Position numbers and translations under genes: made by a program. Source: Candidatus Pyrohabitans jungbluthii (GTDB lineage: Archaea; Hydrothermarchaeota; Hydrothermarchaeia; Hydrothermarchaeales; BMS3B). From it: DNA of 64,000 bases. The notes under the pieces were generated by a model, which worked only from the letters and a program-made list of their open reading frames with translations, made no database searches and was not told the DNA's origin. This document shows positions 1 to 9,446 of this stretch, one piece after another. Positions within the stretch are counted from its first letter, which is position 1. Each line of letters starts with the position of its first letter. The stretch spans positions 192,001 to 256,000 of the forward strand of contig MTMD02000002.1 of assembly GCA_002010065.2 (NCBI GenBank), read 5' to 3'.

Positions 1-130
1 GATGCTGAGCAGGGGGTATAATCCAGAGATGCTGCGTTCATGGCAGGCGAAGAAGCTCCGCGGGCGGGACTACCTCTTCGCGTGCGTTAGCCTTGCCGTC
101 TTCGCCCTCGCAGCTTGGGTGGCGTTTTAA
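1..130 (+). CDS. C-terminal fragment of an ECF transporter T component (CbiQ/EcfT-like)
   Basis: Manual translation of frame 2: MLSRGYNPE...RDYLFACVSLAVFALAAWVAF*. xSRGY motif followed by a terminal TM helix; truncated by window edge. Confidence 0.65.
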   Translation, partial: MLSRGYNPEMLRSWQAKKLRGRDYLFACVSLAVFALAAWVAF

Positions 131-136
131 CCAAAC

Positions 137-1126
137 TCACTCCATCTCATCCATCTCGTAAGCTTCCCAGCTTCGCTCGCCCAGCACAATTTCAAGCTCC
201 TGTGGGGTGAGCATGGGCTTGGGGAAGCGTGGGGCATCTTCAATGGTTATGCGGGGGCACGCTGTATTAACGAATGCGTCAAGTTTGCGGAAGTAGATGA
301 GATTCTCAGGGGTAATCTCAGCCAGGTGAATTAGGTACGCCTCCCTCTTAAGCTTTTGAAGCTTCTGCCTTATTCGCCTCGCCAGCGCAAGGCGACGCTG
401 CCCCTGCTTCTCGCCTACGATTATTCCGAAGCGCTTTGCTTCCCTCGCTTTGGCTATTGAGGCGAAGCGCTGCCTCAGGAAGCGTTCCTTTTTCTCCTCC
501 ATGCTTCTAACCTGTCCGTGGAGTATGTCGAAGGCAACCACAGGCTTAGCCGTCGCAAGAGCAACGCCCAGAGGGTGAAAATCACCGCTGCCTATGTAGG
601 CAAAGCAGTCCACTTCGCCTGCGATGCTCTTCGCGCAGGCGAAGGAGCAGCCCAGCACTTGCCCTGGGTAGCGCACCCTCCCCCGAGGCTCGCCTATGTG
701 CACCTCATACCCATGAGCCTCTAAAAACTCCTTAACCTCTGGAAGCAGATGGACGTGCTGTACCGTCGTAATTAAACCCACGCGCTTGCATAGCTTGTCT
801 AAGTGCTTCTCCAGCAGGGGTATCGCCTGTGCGTTAAGGCGCACCTCAATATAGTGCACAGGTATTTTTGTCTTTCCCAGTAGCTGCGCATGCCCGAAGT
901 GGAAAAGCGCTTCGGCGCCCAGCTTTGCGGCAGCCTCGTCAGCCAGGTCGCAGGCGCCGTAGCAGGGGTTCGCGGAGATAAGCACCTCCGCACCGGTGAG
1001 AGCCTCAACCTTGGATGCAACCTCCGCAGCGTAGTCGCGCAGCCCCTCCGGGAACTGTAAGCTTACCCGGGAGTACCCTTTTGCTCTGATAATATCTGCG
1101 ATGCGCTCAACTTCAAAATCGTACAT
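137..1126 (-). CDS. dph2: Diphthamide biosynthesis enzyme Dph2 (2-(3-amino-3-carboxypropyl)histidine synthase)
   Basis: LQFPEGL, CYGACD, GQVLGC and NTACPR motifs with the three Fe-S cysteines. Confidence 0.95.
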   Translation of the reverse strand: MYDFEVERIADIIRAKGYSRVSLQFPEGLRDYAAEVASKVEALTGAEVLISANPCYGACDLADEAAAKLGAEALFHFGHAQLLGKTKIPVHYIEVRLNAQAIPLLEKHLDKLCKRVGLITTVQHVHLLPEVKEFLEAHGYEVHIGEPRGRVRYPGQVLGCSFACAKSIAGEVDCFAYIGSGDFHPLGVALATAKPVVAFDILHGQVRSMEEKKERFLRQRFASIAKAREAKRFGIIVGEKQGQRRLALARRIRQKLQKLKREAYLIHLAEITPENLIYFRKLDAFVNTACPRITIEDAPRFPKPMLTPQELEIVLGERSWEAYEMDEME

Positions 1127-1278
1127 TGCTCTCTAAGCAGGGATTAACATGGAAAACCTGCGAAGATGTTTCGAAATCCGTAAGTAAAAATTTATATTTC
1201 TGAAGGAAGCCTAAAATTTAAAGGGAGCGGGTGGAGCCGGCAGGTTTACTGTCACCTCCTCTACTCCACCTCCTTTTT

Positions 1279-1791
1279 TTAAACCCCAAGCTTCTGGCAC
1301 AGCTCTTCCAGGTAGTCCAGCCAGGCTTCTTCGGTGAGGTTGGGGAAGGAGTAGGTGGCGTTCACCATGAAATAGCGGTCTATGCTCAGCGTCTTAACAT
1401 CTGAGAAGTTCTTCAGCGTCTGGAAGGTCTGGTTCTCTAGGTCGAGGTTAATCGCGAACACTATCAGCAGGTCTGGCTTACCTTTACCGTCGAAGCCTTC
1501 CCAGTCCGGGTCTGTGAGCAGGTGCGTCGCTTCAACCACGCCCGCCTTATGTGCGGGAATCCCGCGCTCAGAGGTGTACCTTATCGCGTGGGCGGTGGCG
1601 ATAACAGCAACACCAGCGTTGCTTAGCCTTTCCACCACGTCGATGAGCTTCTCGTGCTCAGTTATGCGCGCGCCTATGGCTAGAGCGGGGCGTGAAGCCT
1701 GCTTTATTATGCGCGCCGCGAAATCACCATTAACCGGCTTCGCCTTCGTGGGTCCTGCTTCCATAGTTAAGCGCCAGGAAGTGGCTCTCAT
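1279..1791 (-). CDS. cdhB: CO dehydrogenase/acetyl-CoA decarbonylase-synthase epsilon subunit
   Basis: Start reassigned to ATG 1791, which overlaps the cdhA stop (ATGA). WEGFDGKGKPDL, LKNFS and NATYSFPN motifs; ~170 aa. Confidence 0.92.
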   Translation of the reverse strand: MRATSWRLTMEAGPTKAKPVNGDFAARIIKQASRPALAIGARITEHEKLIDVVERLSNAGVAVIATAHAIRYTSERGIPAHKAGVVEATHLLTDPDWEGFDGKGKPDLLIVFAINLDLENQTFQTLKNFSDVKTLSIDRYFMVNATYSFPNLTEEAWLDYLEELCQKLGV

Positions 1792-4148
1792 TTCCCAGCC
1801 CCCTTCTTCTTCATTATCATCCTTGGAAGCATCGTCGGGTCTGGAATCTTGCGCTCCTTCCAGCCCTTCTCCTTGAGTATCTGCAGTATTTCCTCCTTGG
1901 CGTTTATGGGGATGTCGCTCTCGCTGCGCACGTACAGATGGAGGTCCTCCGGCATGGTGCCGAAGTAGCGCCTGTGGAGGTCTATATAGTGCGCCAGCTT
2001 TATCTGCCTGCCTTTCGTGGTGTCGTTGGGGCGCATCACAAGTTTGGCGATAGCCACCATAGCTTCTTCCTTGCTCTCCGCAACGTAGGCAAGGTGCTCC
2101 GGTGCGGGGTCTGTGACGAGCTTCTCCCCCGTCTTTGCATCGTAAATCTCCCACTTCTCAGGTATATCCTTTCTGCCCAGGTAAAGCCTGCGATACTTAG
2201 TGCCCGTCGGACCCATGATGACAGGGATACCCCAGCGGTTTAACCCTGTGCCTATGGAGAGTGCCTTCGCGGACATTGCACCCCACACAACACCGACGGC
2301 GCCAACGCGGTGCAGGATGTAATCTGCGATCTCCTCAAAGTTTGCACGCAGGCTTCGGCGAGCGAAGATGTAGGGTATCTTTATCGCCGCCCCCAGAATG
2401 TGTGCGTTCGCAACGCAGGAACCAACGTTCACAAGTCCGCCAGCATCGAAGATGCCGGGATAGCGCTCGTACAGCGTCTCGCCGTTCTCGTCCTTGTAGC
2501 GTGCTATTGCCATGGCGGCGCAGCCAGAGGTGACCACGATAAAGTTGCGCTTAAGGAACTCCTCTGCCATCTCAGCAACTTCTATAGCGCCGTTGGCGAA
2601 GTTGGTGCAGCCAGCGAAGGCGACCACGCCTGGAATCTCGCCAAACACGATAGGTGCGCCCACATTGCGAATCTCAGTGTCGAGAATTGGTCCTCGCCCA
2701 ATGCGTATCTTGTAGCTCTGAGAGTAGGTTTCGCCCTCAGCAGCCTTCTCCATCAGCGAGACTATCTTTATATCCCGCGGGCACGCGCTCTCGCAACGCA
2801 TGCAGCCCACGCAGAGCTTGCGAAGAGAGGCGAGCTTCTCAAAGCTGCCCTTCGCAGCCTCTTTAAGCGCCGCCGATATGTGCAGATTCACAGGGCACGC
2901 GCGCTGGCATTTTTCGCAGCTAACACAGCGCGCGCTCTCATTGCGAAGTTCCTCCTCCTCGGGCAATGCTTTGCCCTTAAATTCAGCGCGCTTCGCAGCT
3001 ATGCGCTCCGCCACCTTAACGGCGACCTCGCCAACCTTCTCTGGCTTGTGTATGAATACGCCGGGCAGGCGGTAGCTCACCAGGTCTTCTACTATAGCCT
3101 CGGGATCATCGTCGGTGCGGTCCGGCAAGCCCAGGCCCATCTTGTCGTTTGTCGCTATTACAGGGGTGCGAACCTTCATCGCCTCTTCCAGAATGTCGGT
3201 GCGCACGCACTGCTCATCCACCACTATCACATCGGCGATGCCGGAGCGCACAAAGCGAATCTGCTCGCTCAGCGGACCAATGATCTTGGCGCTCTTGTCG
3301 CGCCGTTGCAAATCGTGGGCGGTGCAGCAGATGCCTGCGATTTCAACTTTATCCGCCTTGCCGTAAGCCTCGGCGTAGGTTATGACCTCCGCGCCTGGTG
3401 CAACATTGTGCCCTATGAAGAGGATTAAAGGCTTGTCCTTATCTACGCTGCCGTAGCCAAGCTCGGCAAGGGGTGCGTCGGGATCGCCCTTGGGGAAGTC
3501 GTAGCCCACTATCTGCGCTAGGTCGGCGATCTCCTTAACCAGGTTGTCTATCATGCCCGCGTGCAGCGCCTTGGACTCGAGGTCGAGGTGGTCGCCTTCT
3601 TGCCCAGTGTGCACACTCGAGAGCAGATTCTGGATTTCGCGCTCCGCATACTCCATACCTTCGAGCAGGTCGCCCAGAGTCTGGGGCTTCTTGCCTATTA
3701 TGGTGCGGTAGATGGGCGCCTCGGTTTCAATGTTTAAGCCAAGGTCTATCCTGTAGTCGGCGCCCAGGCGTTCAATCTGGTGCTCAAGCATGTGCCTTGC
3801 ATGCGCACCATGACAGGCGGCGCCTATCACGCACTCGAGCAAGATTAACCTCGCCTGCTGCGCGCGCTGCGTAATCCCGCAGGCGCCCTTCTTATCCTTG
3901 GTGAGGTCACACTTGCCGTAGCTGCACAGACAGCACATGTCGCAGGTGGGCGAATAGAAGGGCTCATAACGGTTGAGGAGCTTCTTGTCCCACTCGCGCA
4001 GCTCAACCCAGCTTGGCTTTGGAGTTGGACCCATGGGCTCAGCCCAGGTATCCTCCTCAATCTCGCCTATCTCAATAACCAGGTCTCCAATCTTAATCGT
4101 GGGGGACTCAGCTTTTGTAATCTTGACCTTTTTGGGCTTTGTGGCCAT
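1788..4148 (-). CDS. cdhA: CO dehydrogenase/ACDS alpha subunit
   Basis: CDMCCLCSYGKC (B/D clusters); GHN, GICCT, DEQC, AGC, SGC and GSC C-cluster ligands; two extra CxxCxxCxxxCP clusters. Start ATG 4148 after GGTGAGG (GTG 4157 is an alternative). Confidence 0.97.
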   Translation of the reverse strand: MATKPKKVKITKAESPTIKIGDLVIEIGEIEEDTWAEPMGPTPKPSWVELREWDKKLLNRYEPFYSPTCDMCCLCSYGKCDLTKDKKGACGITQRAQQARLILLECVIGAACHGAHARHMLEHQIERLGADYRIDLGLNIETEAPIYRTIIGKKPQTLGDLLEGMEYAEREIQNLLSSVHTGQEGDHLDLESKALHAGMIDNLVKEIADLAQIVGYDFPKGDPDAPLAELGYGSVDKDKPLILFIGHNVAPGAEVITYAEAYGKADKVEIAGICCTAHDLQRRDKSAKIIGPLSEQIRFVRSGIADVIVVDEQCVRTDILEEAMKVRTPVIATNDKMGLGLPDRTDDDPEAIVEDLVSYRLPGVFIHKPEKVGEVAVKVAERIAAKRAEFKGKALPEEEELRNESARCVSCEKCQRACPVNLHISAALKEAAKGSFEKLASLRKLCVGCMRCESACPRDIKIVSLMEKAAEGETYSQSYKIRIGRGPILDTEIRNVGAPIVFGEIPGVVAFAGCTNFANGAIEVAEMAEEFLKRNFIVVTSGCAAMAIARYKDENGETLYERYPGIFDAGGLVNVGSCVANAHILGAAIKIPYIFARRSLRANFEEIADYILHRVGAVGVVWGAMSAKALSIGTGLNRWGIPVIMGPTGTKYRRLYLGRKDIPEKWEIYDAKTGEKLVTDPAPEHLAYVAESKEEAMVAIAKLVMRPNDTTKGRQIKLAHYIDLHRRYFGTMPEDLHLYVRSESDIPINAKEEILQILKEKGWKERKIPDPTMLPRMIMKKKGAGK

Positions 4149-4157
4149 TTTCCTCAC

Positions 4158-5288
4158 CTAAAACTTCATGTTCCTGTATGGTGGGGGGAGAATCTGGCGT
4201 ATTCTACGCCTTATCTCCTTCTTTGCGTTCTTCTCCTTCCTCTGCTGAAGCTTGCGCGCTATCTCTAAGCCTTTCTCCTCTTTCAGTTCGACGGTGTCGA
4301 AGAGCCCTGCGTTGAGCATCTCATCCAGAAGCTTCGCTGCTTCTTCGCTTCTCGCGAGCACAGTTGTGTAGCCAGGAGGCGAGCCCACGCTTCCCACGGC
4401 GAAGTCCGCCAGCCTTCCTGTAAAGTCGGTGCACACCTTGCAGGGCTCGCGCTTGTACTTGTACGCCTCCTTCAGGGGGATCTCCACCTTGCTTCCGTCG
4501 CGGGTGTAAACTAGGAAGTGCTTGCCCTTTATGTCCACCTTAACTACGTCCTCCAGGCTAACCCCGTAGCTGCGCTGCACAAGCTCTGTCATTAGCTCAT
4601 AAAGGAAGTTTGAGGAGCAGAAGATGGATATGGTGAGCTTTATCCTGCGCGCCAGATCCACATCTTCCACTGGGTAAAACTGAAGCTTCCGCGCAGCCTC
4701 TATCTGACAGGGTACGCCCACTATGGCGAGTTTCTCAAGCTTAGCCTTCTTCGCCTCCTTCAGCGCCGACAGGTTGGGGGAGTTGGAGTAGCGCGTTCCA
4801 GCGGTGGCGAGAAGCTCCTCTGGCTCAGTCACAAGCCTCGCTTCGGGGTACCATAGCGTGCCCTCTTTTACTCCGCCAACTATGGCGCCGTCTATAATCC
4901 CCTTCTCAAGGGCATATTTAAGCAACGCCGTTACGAAGCCGCCGTCCTGCGCAGCCTTTGCTATGCCCTCGTCTTTAGTTTTAACCCCTATGCGCTTTAG
5001 CACGAAGCCCAGCTCGTCCTCAGTAATGCTTCCAAAAAGCTTCTCCTCTATCTCATCGGCGTTGAAAAAGCTTCGAGGGCACTGCATTAGGCAATAACCG
5101 CACTCTGTGCACTCACCCACAAGGCGGGGGAACTCGTCGACGCGAATCACATCCTCAGGGCAAACAGCCTCGCAGTTTCCGCATCCACAGCACAGGTCGC
5201 GAAATATAACCTCATGCTCTAGCCCAGTGAAGCCCTCCTCTCGCCCAAGCCAGAGGTACTCAAGAAGGTCCTGCTCCGCAACAACCAT
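4158..5288 (-). CDS. FrhB/FdhB-family coenzyme F420-binding subunit with N-terminal 2[4Fe-4S] ferredoxin domain
   Basis: CCGCGNCEAVCP, CTECGYCLMQCP, QDGGFVTALL, VGVPCQI, CKVCTDF and GSVGS motifs. Start ATG 5288 after GGAGG. Confidence 0.9.
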   Translation of the reverse strand: MVVAEQDLLEYLWLGREEGFTGLEHEVIFRDLCCGCGNCEAVCPEDVIRVDEFPRLVGECTECGYCLMQCPRSFFNADEIEEKLFGSITEDELGFVLKRIGVKTKDEGIAKAAQDGGFVTALLKYALEKGIIDGAIVGGVKEGTLWYPEARLVTEPEELLATAGTRYSNSPNLSALKEAKKAKLEKLAIVGVPCQIEAARKLQFYPVEDVDLARRIKLTISIFCSSNFLYELMTELVQRSYGVSLEDVVKVDIKGKHFLVYTRDGSKVEIPLKEAYKYKREPCKVCTDFTGRLADFAVGSVGSPPGYTTVLARSEEAAKLLDEMLNAGLFDTVELKEEKGLEIARKLQQRKEKNAKKEIRRRIRQILPPPYRNMKF

Positions 5289-5517
5289 TCTTCTTCCTCC
5301 ACGCGCACTGCCCTTACGTTGAGGTTTCACCTCATGTAAATTTTGTGATTTTTCATGATTAACTATGACAAATCCCGTAGGCAAGCTTTTTCAGAAAAGC
5401 TACCCTTAAATCTTAAATATAGGGGGTAACCCGCAAACCCGCCGTAGCAACGCCCGGGATGAAGGTTTTGGAAGTGGTGAACAAGAGCATAGCGGGGGAG
5501 GTATCCTTAAAGGCCGG

Positions 5518-6216
5518 TCACCGCCTGCCGGAGTTTTCTTCCCTCTCCTTTTTAATAAAGAATCTGAAGGTATCACTGAGTTCAGCCAAATTTGACGCTA
5601 TTTTCTCCAAATATTCCGGAGACGCCTTTGCAAAATCAGTCACAGTTACAATTCCAACCAATCTACCCTTCTCAGTAACAGGAAGTTTCTTTATTCTTTT
5701 TTCCCTCATAATTTTTGATGCTTTTATTATGTTTGTATAATCTTCGGCAGTAATAACCGGAGAACTCATGATCTCCTCTACCTTCACCTTATCAGGGTCG
5801 CGCTTTGGCACAGAAACCTTTTCGACAAGGTCGCCACTGGTTATTATACCCTCTGGTTTCCCATCTCTATCCACCACAATAAGGCAGCTTATTCTCCTAT
5901 CTGCCATGAGTTTTGCTGCTTCATGGGCGCTTTTATCTCTGGAGATTGTTACTACGTCTCGAGACATTATATCGCAGAGCTTTGGTACGCCCCTGCTCTC
6001 GTAGTCAGAAATCCTTTTCAGAAGCTCGTAGTAGGCATCGTCGTCCAAATCTTTAGCCATAGCATACGTTTGAAGCAGGTGTATCCCCAAGCCGTTTTCT
6101 TTTTCCTCCCATGCGATTATGCAGCGGTTGCATACGTGAAGCGGCTTCCTGATGCCGCTTTCAAAAATCGAAATTGTCTCTGTGCCTTCACCGCATATGG
6201 GGCAGGAGACGCTCAT
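5518..6216 (-). CDS. CBS-pair protein with N-terminal CxxC...CxxC zinc-ribbon-like domain
   Basis: CPICG...CNRC, then two CBS repeats (GIITSGDL, GIVTVTDF). Confidence 0.85.
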   Translation of the reverse strand: MSVSCPICGEGTETISIFESGIRKPLHVCNRCIIAWEEKENGLGIHLLQTYAMAKDLDDDAYYELLKRISDYESRGVPKLCDIMSRDVVTISRDKSAHEAAKLMADRRISCLIVVDRDGKPEGIITSGDLVEKVSVPKRDPDKVKVEEIMSSPVITAEDYTNIIKASKIMREKRIKKLPVTEKGRLVGIVTVTDFAKASPEYLEKIASNLAELSDTFRFFIKKEREENSGRR

Positions 6217-6264
6217 GGAGACACCACATAGTTTTCTGAAAGGAAGGTTTTAAAATTTTTGCCT

Positions 6265-7449
6265 TCAGTAGTTCAGGGGCTCAGCTTTCATGTACTCGCG
6301 GAGCACCGTGGTTGCATAGCTCCCGGGCGGCAGGAAGAACCTGACCACAAGCTTCTTCATGCCCTCGTGGAGTTCGTCCTTGGCGAGGGTGTAGCTTATC
6401 TGTGCCTCTACCGCAGCTTTGCGCGTTGAGCCTGGCATCGCCAGCTCTGGCAGGGATTTAATCCTGAAGTTCTCCAGTGCTATACCCTCTTCTTCCAGCA
6501 CCTCCCGCTCTATCTCTCCCTGCCTGCCAGGCGAAAAGCTCGAATCGTAGCCGAATAGGGGTACCTCCCTGCCCCTGATATCCATCCCTTCTGCAATAAG
6601 CTTACTCAGGATTTTGTTGAAGAGGTAGCTCTGGTAGGCATGCACCAGCATTCGGCGCAGCTTCTTTGGCAGCCTCCGCAGTGCACCCGCGAAATCGCGG
6701 GGGTTCTTGCTCAGCGAGTCCAGCATGTTGCGCTCGTAGTGCAGCCTCGACGGGAAGAGCTCAAGCGCTTTACGATAGTCGCGCGTCTCATCCAGAAACT
6801 TTCTCGCCTCAAAGGCGTCGCTGCGCTCCCCCGGGTAAGGTCTTGCCAGGTAAAGCATAACCGCCTCTTCGAGATTGCCCTGCACTATAGCTTTGCCCAC
6901 CAGGTGGGTGTTTGGCCTCACAGTGCCGAAGCGCTGGTAGCCGAAGTAGTTTGGCACCCCGCGTTGAGAGAGCTGCGCCGTGGTTTCGGCAAGCGTCTCC
7001 TCCAGGTTCTCGCCCTGAAGGCGGCGTATGGTTATTGTGAACTCGTTGCCCAGAAGGTCGCCCAGGTTCACGCGCTCTCTGCACCGGGTGAAGTTGTATA
7101 GCTTCAGCCCGGGTATCGCGAGCTTGGCAAGCTCCTCCTCGCTAATCCGCCATGCAGAGACCCGCTGCCTTGTCAGGGCGCGCTTATCCTTGGTGCCCGC
7201 GTAGCCAAAGCGCTTAAGCGAGACGCGCAGACTGCGCGAGAGCTGAGTGATCGCTCGAATAGTATCCCAGTTGTACTTTTCTAATATAAAATGGACATAC
7301 TCACCCTCGCCGTCGTCGCATGGCTCAAAACGCTCCTCCACAATAAAATCCTCCACGCGAATGCGCAGCTTTCCATTTATCCCTGGGGTATCTGAGATGA
7401 AGTACTCCATTCCCAGAATGTGGTCAAGCTCGTAGGGACTGAGCATCAC
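6265..7449 (-). CDS. truD: tRNA pseudouridine(13) synthase TruD
   Basis: EDFIVEE, AGTKDKRALTRQ, GNEFTI, PNYFGYQRFG and GSYATTVLRE motifs. Confidence 0.97.
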   Translation of the reverse strand: MMLSPYELDHILGMEYFISDTPGINGKLRIRVEDFIVEERFEPCDDGEGEYVHFILEKYNWDTIRAITQLSRSLRVSLKRFGYAGTKDKRALTRQRVSAWRISEEELAKLAIPGLKLYNFTRCRERVNLGDLLGNEFTITIRRLQGENLEETLAETTAQLSQRGVPNYFGYQRFGTVRPNTHLVGKAIVQGNLEEAVMLYLARPYPGERSDAFEARKFLDETRDYRKALELFPSRLHYERNMLDSLSKNPRDFAGALRRLPKKLRRMLVHAYQSYLFNKILSKLIAEGMDIRGREVPLFGYDSSFSPGRQGEIEREVLEEEGIALENFRIKSLPELAMPGSTRKAAVEAQISYTLAKDELHEGMKKLVVRFFLPPGSYATTVLREYMKAEPLNY

Positions 7450-9401
7450 TCTGCCCTCAGCTTTGCAATCTTCTCAGCGAGCTTCTCGAGCACCTGCCTG
7501 CGGTAGCCCTCGACAAACTTAATGCTCCCCGCCACCTCGTGTCCACCCCCCGTTACTCCTGCCCCCGGAAGCTCCTCCGCAAGCTCCGCAACAAGGTGGT
7601 TCAGGTTGAGCTTGAACTCAGCTGCAACGTCATCGGTGGCGCGCAGTATCGCAAAGTCCGGGCCATAACCGAGCGTTACAGTGCGTTTGCCCTCATTTTC
7701 CTGCGCCTTTGCATCGTGGAGCAACCCAGTGGTTTTCCCCGGCGGGGGATAGGTGAACTTGTGGGAGTAAAGCTCCAGGTCAAGGGTGTACAGCATTATG
7801 CCGTTAGGCAATCGCGCACTCTTAGCGTTCGCCAGCACAGCGCGAAGCTGCACCTCTTTAGCCTTCGAGGCTTCTTCGCCAATCGCTTCCATGAGCATGC
7901 GCTGCCTGTCCAGCCTGCCAAGCCCCAGTAAGTCCTCAATCAGCGTCTTGCCGTCCATGAAGCGCAGGTAGAAAGCCTCGAAGTCCACGCATTCTGCGAT
8001 ACGCTCCATATCTTCTACGCTGTACCCCTTCTCCTGGGCAAGAGCTATGTACGCCTCTGCTACGTCGCCCTTAACCCTGTCGGCGACGCAGGCTATGCCC
8101 GCGAGGTGCCGAAGCTTGTCGCTAAGCTCGGGGTTGATCAGGCGAGCGATTTCCACGCCCAGGCAGCCCGCGGTGAGGGAATAGTCTCCTTCTGCCAGGT
8201 AAGGGTTCACATGGATATCCACAAGCTCATCCACCTCGGCTTTGCCATCCCGCACCTCACCCGGGTAGTGGTGGTCCACCACTATAACTTTAGAACCATA
8301 AATTTTGAACTTACGTATTGCTGGCATGTCCTCGTAGGTGGAGCCGTTGTCTAGGATAACCACGAGGGGCATGCGCTGCCCAAATCTGCGAGCATCCTCG
8401 TGCGCATACTGCAGGTCGCGCACCACATCCTCCATCTCATAGAAGGGCGCTCTGCTGGGGGACCTTCGAAACAGATGCCACTCTGCTTCGCGATCTGGCG
8501 AATGCTCCCGCAGCAGAGGCAAGAGTGCCTGCTCTATTGCTACAGCCGCGACGAAGCCGTCTGTATCGCCGTGGTGGCGCAGCACAATAGGCACGCCCGT
8601 AAATACTGCTCTTCTCAGCTCCCGCGCAACCTCCCGCATCTTGGGGTAGAGTCTTTCCAGAACATCGCTTTTTACGAGAGGTTCAAGCTTAGCAGGCTCC
8701 GCCTTGGCCTCTATCGCTCTGTCTATCGCAGCCTTCACTTGGGTAAGCTCCGCCCCGTACAGCTTTTCCATGTCTTTAACTTCGACCTGCACGCGGTCAA
8801 GGCGGAACACAACCTCACCGCGCACCTCTACCACGCTATCAACGTCGATGCTCGGGTACGCTCTTTCCCCCTTTGCAAAGGCGACGCACTCGATGGCATC
8901 GCTCTCGTCGTAGACGGTGAATATCGTCGGTCCCGAGGTGCGCTGCACCTTAGCCACGATGCCACGGATGCGCAGCGCTTGTCCAACTTCGCCCATGCCT
9001 ATGTCCGCAATCTTCCACAGCTTCAGCGACTTCTTCAGCGGAATTAAGGTGTAGTTCTTCCCCTCCCAGGGCAGTAAATCAAGCTTGCCCTCGTTCAGGT
9101 TGAGCCTCCTCGCCTTTACCACCACCTCCTCGTTTAGGCTGTACTCCCGCTTTGCGTCCCGCTTGCGGAGCAGTCCGACTACGCTATCGTTTAGCGCAAT
9201 GAAGTACCCTATATCATGGATGCGCTTCACCCTGCCTAAGTAATTCCTGTTCAGCAGCACATCCTCGTAGCCCGCCAGAGGGTCTAACTCAAGCACTATC
9301 TCATGCTTCTTGTCGCAGGCGTCGCACACCAGAAGCTTTGTCTTCGCATCCAGGCTAGAGCCACACAACACGCAGCGCTTTGCCTCTCCATTCCCATTCA
9401 T
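7446..9401 (-). CDS. Archaeal RecJ-like DHH phosphoesterase with N-terminal Zn finger and S1/OB folds
   Basis: HHGDTDG, LDNGS, DHH and GGGH motifs; CxxC..CxxC N-terminus; OB motif SGPTIF. Confidence 0.88.
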   Translation of the reverse strand: MNGNGEAKRCVLCGSSLDAKTKLLVCDACDKKHEIVLELDPLAGYEDVLLNRNYLGRVKRIHDIGYFIALNDSVVGLLRKRDAKREYSLNEEVVVKARRLNLNEGKLDLLPWEGKNYTLIPLKKSLKLWKIADIGMGEVGQALRIRGIVAKVQRTSGPTIFTVYDESDAIECVAFAKGERAYPSIDVDSVVEVRGEVVFRLDRVQVEVKDMEKLYGAELTQVKAAIDRAIEAKAEPAKLEPLVKSDVLERLYPKMREVARELRRAVFTGVPIVLRHHGDTDGFVAAVAIEQALLPLLREHSPDREAEWHLFRRSPSRAPFYEMEDVVRDLQYAHEDARRFGQRMPLVVILDNGSTYEDMPAIRKFKIYGSKVIVVDHHYPGEVRDGKAEVDELVDIHVNPYLAEGDYSLTAGCLGVEIARLINPELSDKLRHLAGIACVADRVKGDVAEAYIALAQEKGYSVEDMERIAECVDFEAFYLRFMDGKTLIEDLLGLGRLDRQRMLMEAIGEEASKAKEVQLRAVLANAKSARLPNGIMLYTLDLELYSHKFTYPPPGKTTGLLHDAKAQENEGKRTVTLGYGPDFAILRATDDVAAEFKLNLNHLVAELAEELPGAGVTGGGHEVAGSIKFVEGYRRQVLEKLAEKIAKLRAE

Positions 9402-9429
9402 CTTCAGCCTTTACCTCGCCGTGAGGTAA

Positions 9430-9445
9430 CATTCGCAATGTTGCA
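9430..9445. repeat. Left copy of 16-bp direct repeat flanking the vapBC pair
   Basis: CATTCGCAATGTTGCA; 15/16 identical to 10071-10086. Confidence 0.6.
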
Positions 9446-9446
9446 T

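Noticed and set aside
1792-2154. Long N-terminal extensions in the ORF track (cdhB; likewise frhB-like, Lon-like, EamA, aroC, Zn finger)
   Set aside because: The extensions overlap neighbouring genes, the tRNA or promoters; downstream ATGs with RBS or TATA fit family lengths.
2310-3428. 372-aa plus-strand ORF and the many other antisense ORFs
   Set aside because: Shadows of well-supported genes on the opposite strand with no recognisable motifs.
1279-5288. Selenocysteine or pyrrolysine read-through in the redox genes
   Set aside because: All three ORFs are full-length with Cys at the expected sites; no interrupted frame needs recoding.
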